Assembly: GCA_965232825.1 (NCBI GenBank)
Contig: OZ247429.1
Span: 1,568,585 to 1,632,584 of the forward strand
Length of the DNA: 64,000 bases
From: Dehalococcoidia bacterium
Lineage (GTDB): Bacteria; Chloroflexota; Dehalococcoidia; Lucifugimonadales; Lucifugimonadaceae
Direction: 5' to 3'
Below the pieces are notes generated by a model. The model was given only the letters and a program-made list of their open reading frames with translations, searched no databases and was not told where the DNA came from. A program made the position numbers and the translations under genes. Below, piece by piece: positions 63,316 through 64,000 of the stretch (its first letter is position 1; every line of letters begins with the position of its first letter).

Positions 63316-64000
63316 GCCGCGGCCTCGTCTTGGGAATGGTGGTCGTCTTCGGATTTAGGGAGTATTACGGAGGCGATGACGCTGATGATGAGGATGGCTA
63401 TGACGATTGCCAAGGATCCGAGGGTGATGGTGATGGATACCGAGTCGCCGGGAACGCCGATGTCGTGAATGAAGTTGTGGAACTGGTCGTGGATTGCGGT
63501 TTCGACGATGATCTTGACGCCAATGAACGCGAGAATGGCAGCTAGGCCATAGGAAAGGAAACGGAAGAGGTTGACGAGGCCTTCTAGTAGGAAGAAAAGG
63601 GGTCTCATCCCTAGAACGGCCATGGCGTTCGACGACCAGATGATGAATTGGTTCTTTGAGATGCCGACAACGGTGGGGATGGAGTCGATGGCGAAGACAA
63701 CGTCGGTAGACCCGAGCACAATGACGACGAGGGCGAATGGAGTAGCCATGCGGATGCCGTTTTTGACGGTGAAGAAGTTGTGACCGTCGTATTCGTCGGA
63801 AACCGGGTAGATTCGGCGGAACACTCTTGCGACTATGTTCTTGGATGGATCGACGTCATCGCCATGCGACGTGATGAGTTTGTATGCGGTGTAGATGAGG
63901 ATTGCGGCGAGGAGATAAAGGACGGGTTCGAAAACGGCGATGATCCCGACAGCGAAGAATATGAAAATTGCGCGAGCGATGAGTGCGCCAACGATACCGA
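63312..64000 (-). CDS. TerC-family integral membrane protein (partial; start beyond right edge)
   Basis: The frame is open from 64000 down to the stop at 63312. It carries the TerC blocks ..TPFALVVIVLGSTDVVFAIDSIP.. and ..SNAMAVLGMRPLFFLL.. Confidence 0.85.
   Translation of the reverse strand, partial: GIVGALIARAIFIFFAVGIIAVFEPVLYLLAAILIYTAYKLITSHGDDVDPSKNIVARVFRRIYPVSDEYDGHNFFTVKNGIRMATPFALVVIVLGSTDVVFAIDSIPTVVGISKNQFIIWSSNAMAVLGMRPLFFLLEGLVNLFRFLSYGLAAILAFIGVKIIVETAIHDQFHNFIHDIGVPGDSVSITITLGSLAIVIAILIISVIASVILPKSEDDHHSQDEAAA

Overview
This is a 64-kb chromosomal segment from a moderately GC-rich bacterium (roughly 55-60% GC by eye, not computed). I call about 50 protein-coding genes and 2 tRNAs (Pro-GGG, Ala-GGC). 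I found no rRNA, CRISPR, transposase, integrase, phage gene or recognisable defence gene. Housekeeping genes (rho, pyrG, gatC-gatA, argS, hisS-prfA-prmC) are interleaved with a paralogue-rich metabolic set: several SDRs, two GatA-type amidases, a CaiB-type CoA-transferase, an enolase-superfamily enzyme, a ThDP enzyme, an AMP-ligase, KDG kinase with two aldolases and glycerol kinase, and an FAD/Fe-S oxidase. Transporters include MFS, MgtE, MMPL, a CDF-like protein and TerC. There is also a copper-handling locus (a Met/His-rich exported protein plus a CopC-CopD-cytochrome c fusion). Items worth a second look: (i) A ~7.2-kb gene encodes a ~2,380-aa exported protein with a cadherin-like domain, a PQQ-type sugar-dehydrogenase propeller, an FN3 domain and 14 Calx-beta-like repeats. 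Many of the repeats are near-identical at DNA level, and the gene is bounded by decayed gene fragments and tRNA-Ala. (ii) A 1.35-kb ORF-free interval between tRNA-Pro and hisS carries a near-consensus sigma70-type promoter, a hairpin-rich body and an extremely C-rich/G-poor tail. It is a candidate unannotated RNA or Rho-dependent regulatory region. (iii) Three families of dispersed palindromic intergenic repeats are present, including a 66-bp x ~4.4 tandem array. (iv) A class-II Fic gene sits in AT-rich DNA studded with CATGTRCA-type iterons. (v) An AtzG/AtzE-like small-subunit plus amidase pair lies near the true gatCA. (vi) A second large surface-protein gene runs off the left edge and is absent from the ORF track. 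All family assignments come from motif recognition by eye and remembered family signatures, not from database searches. Gene content and repeat style resemble marine or sponge-associated Chloroflexota (SAR202-like), but that is an unverified guess.
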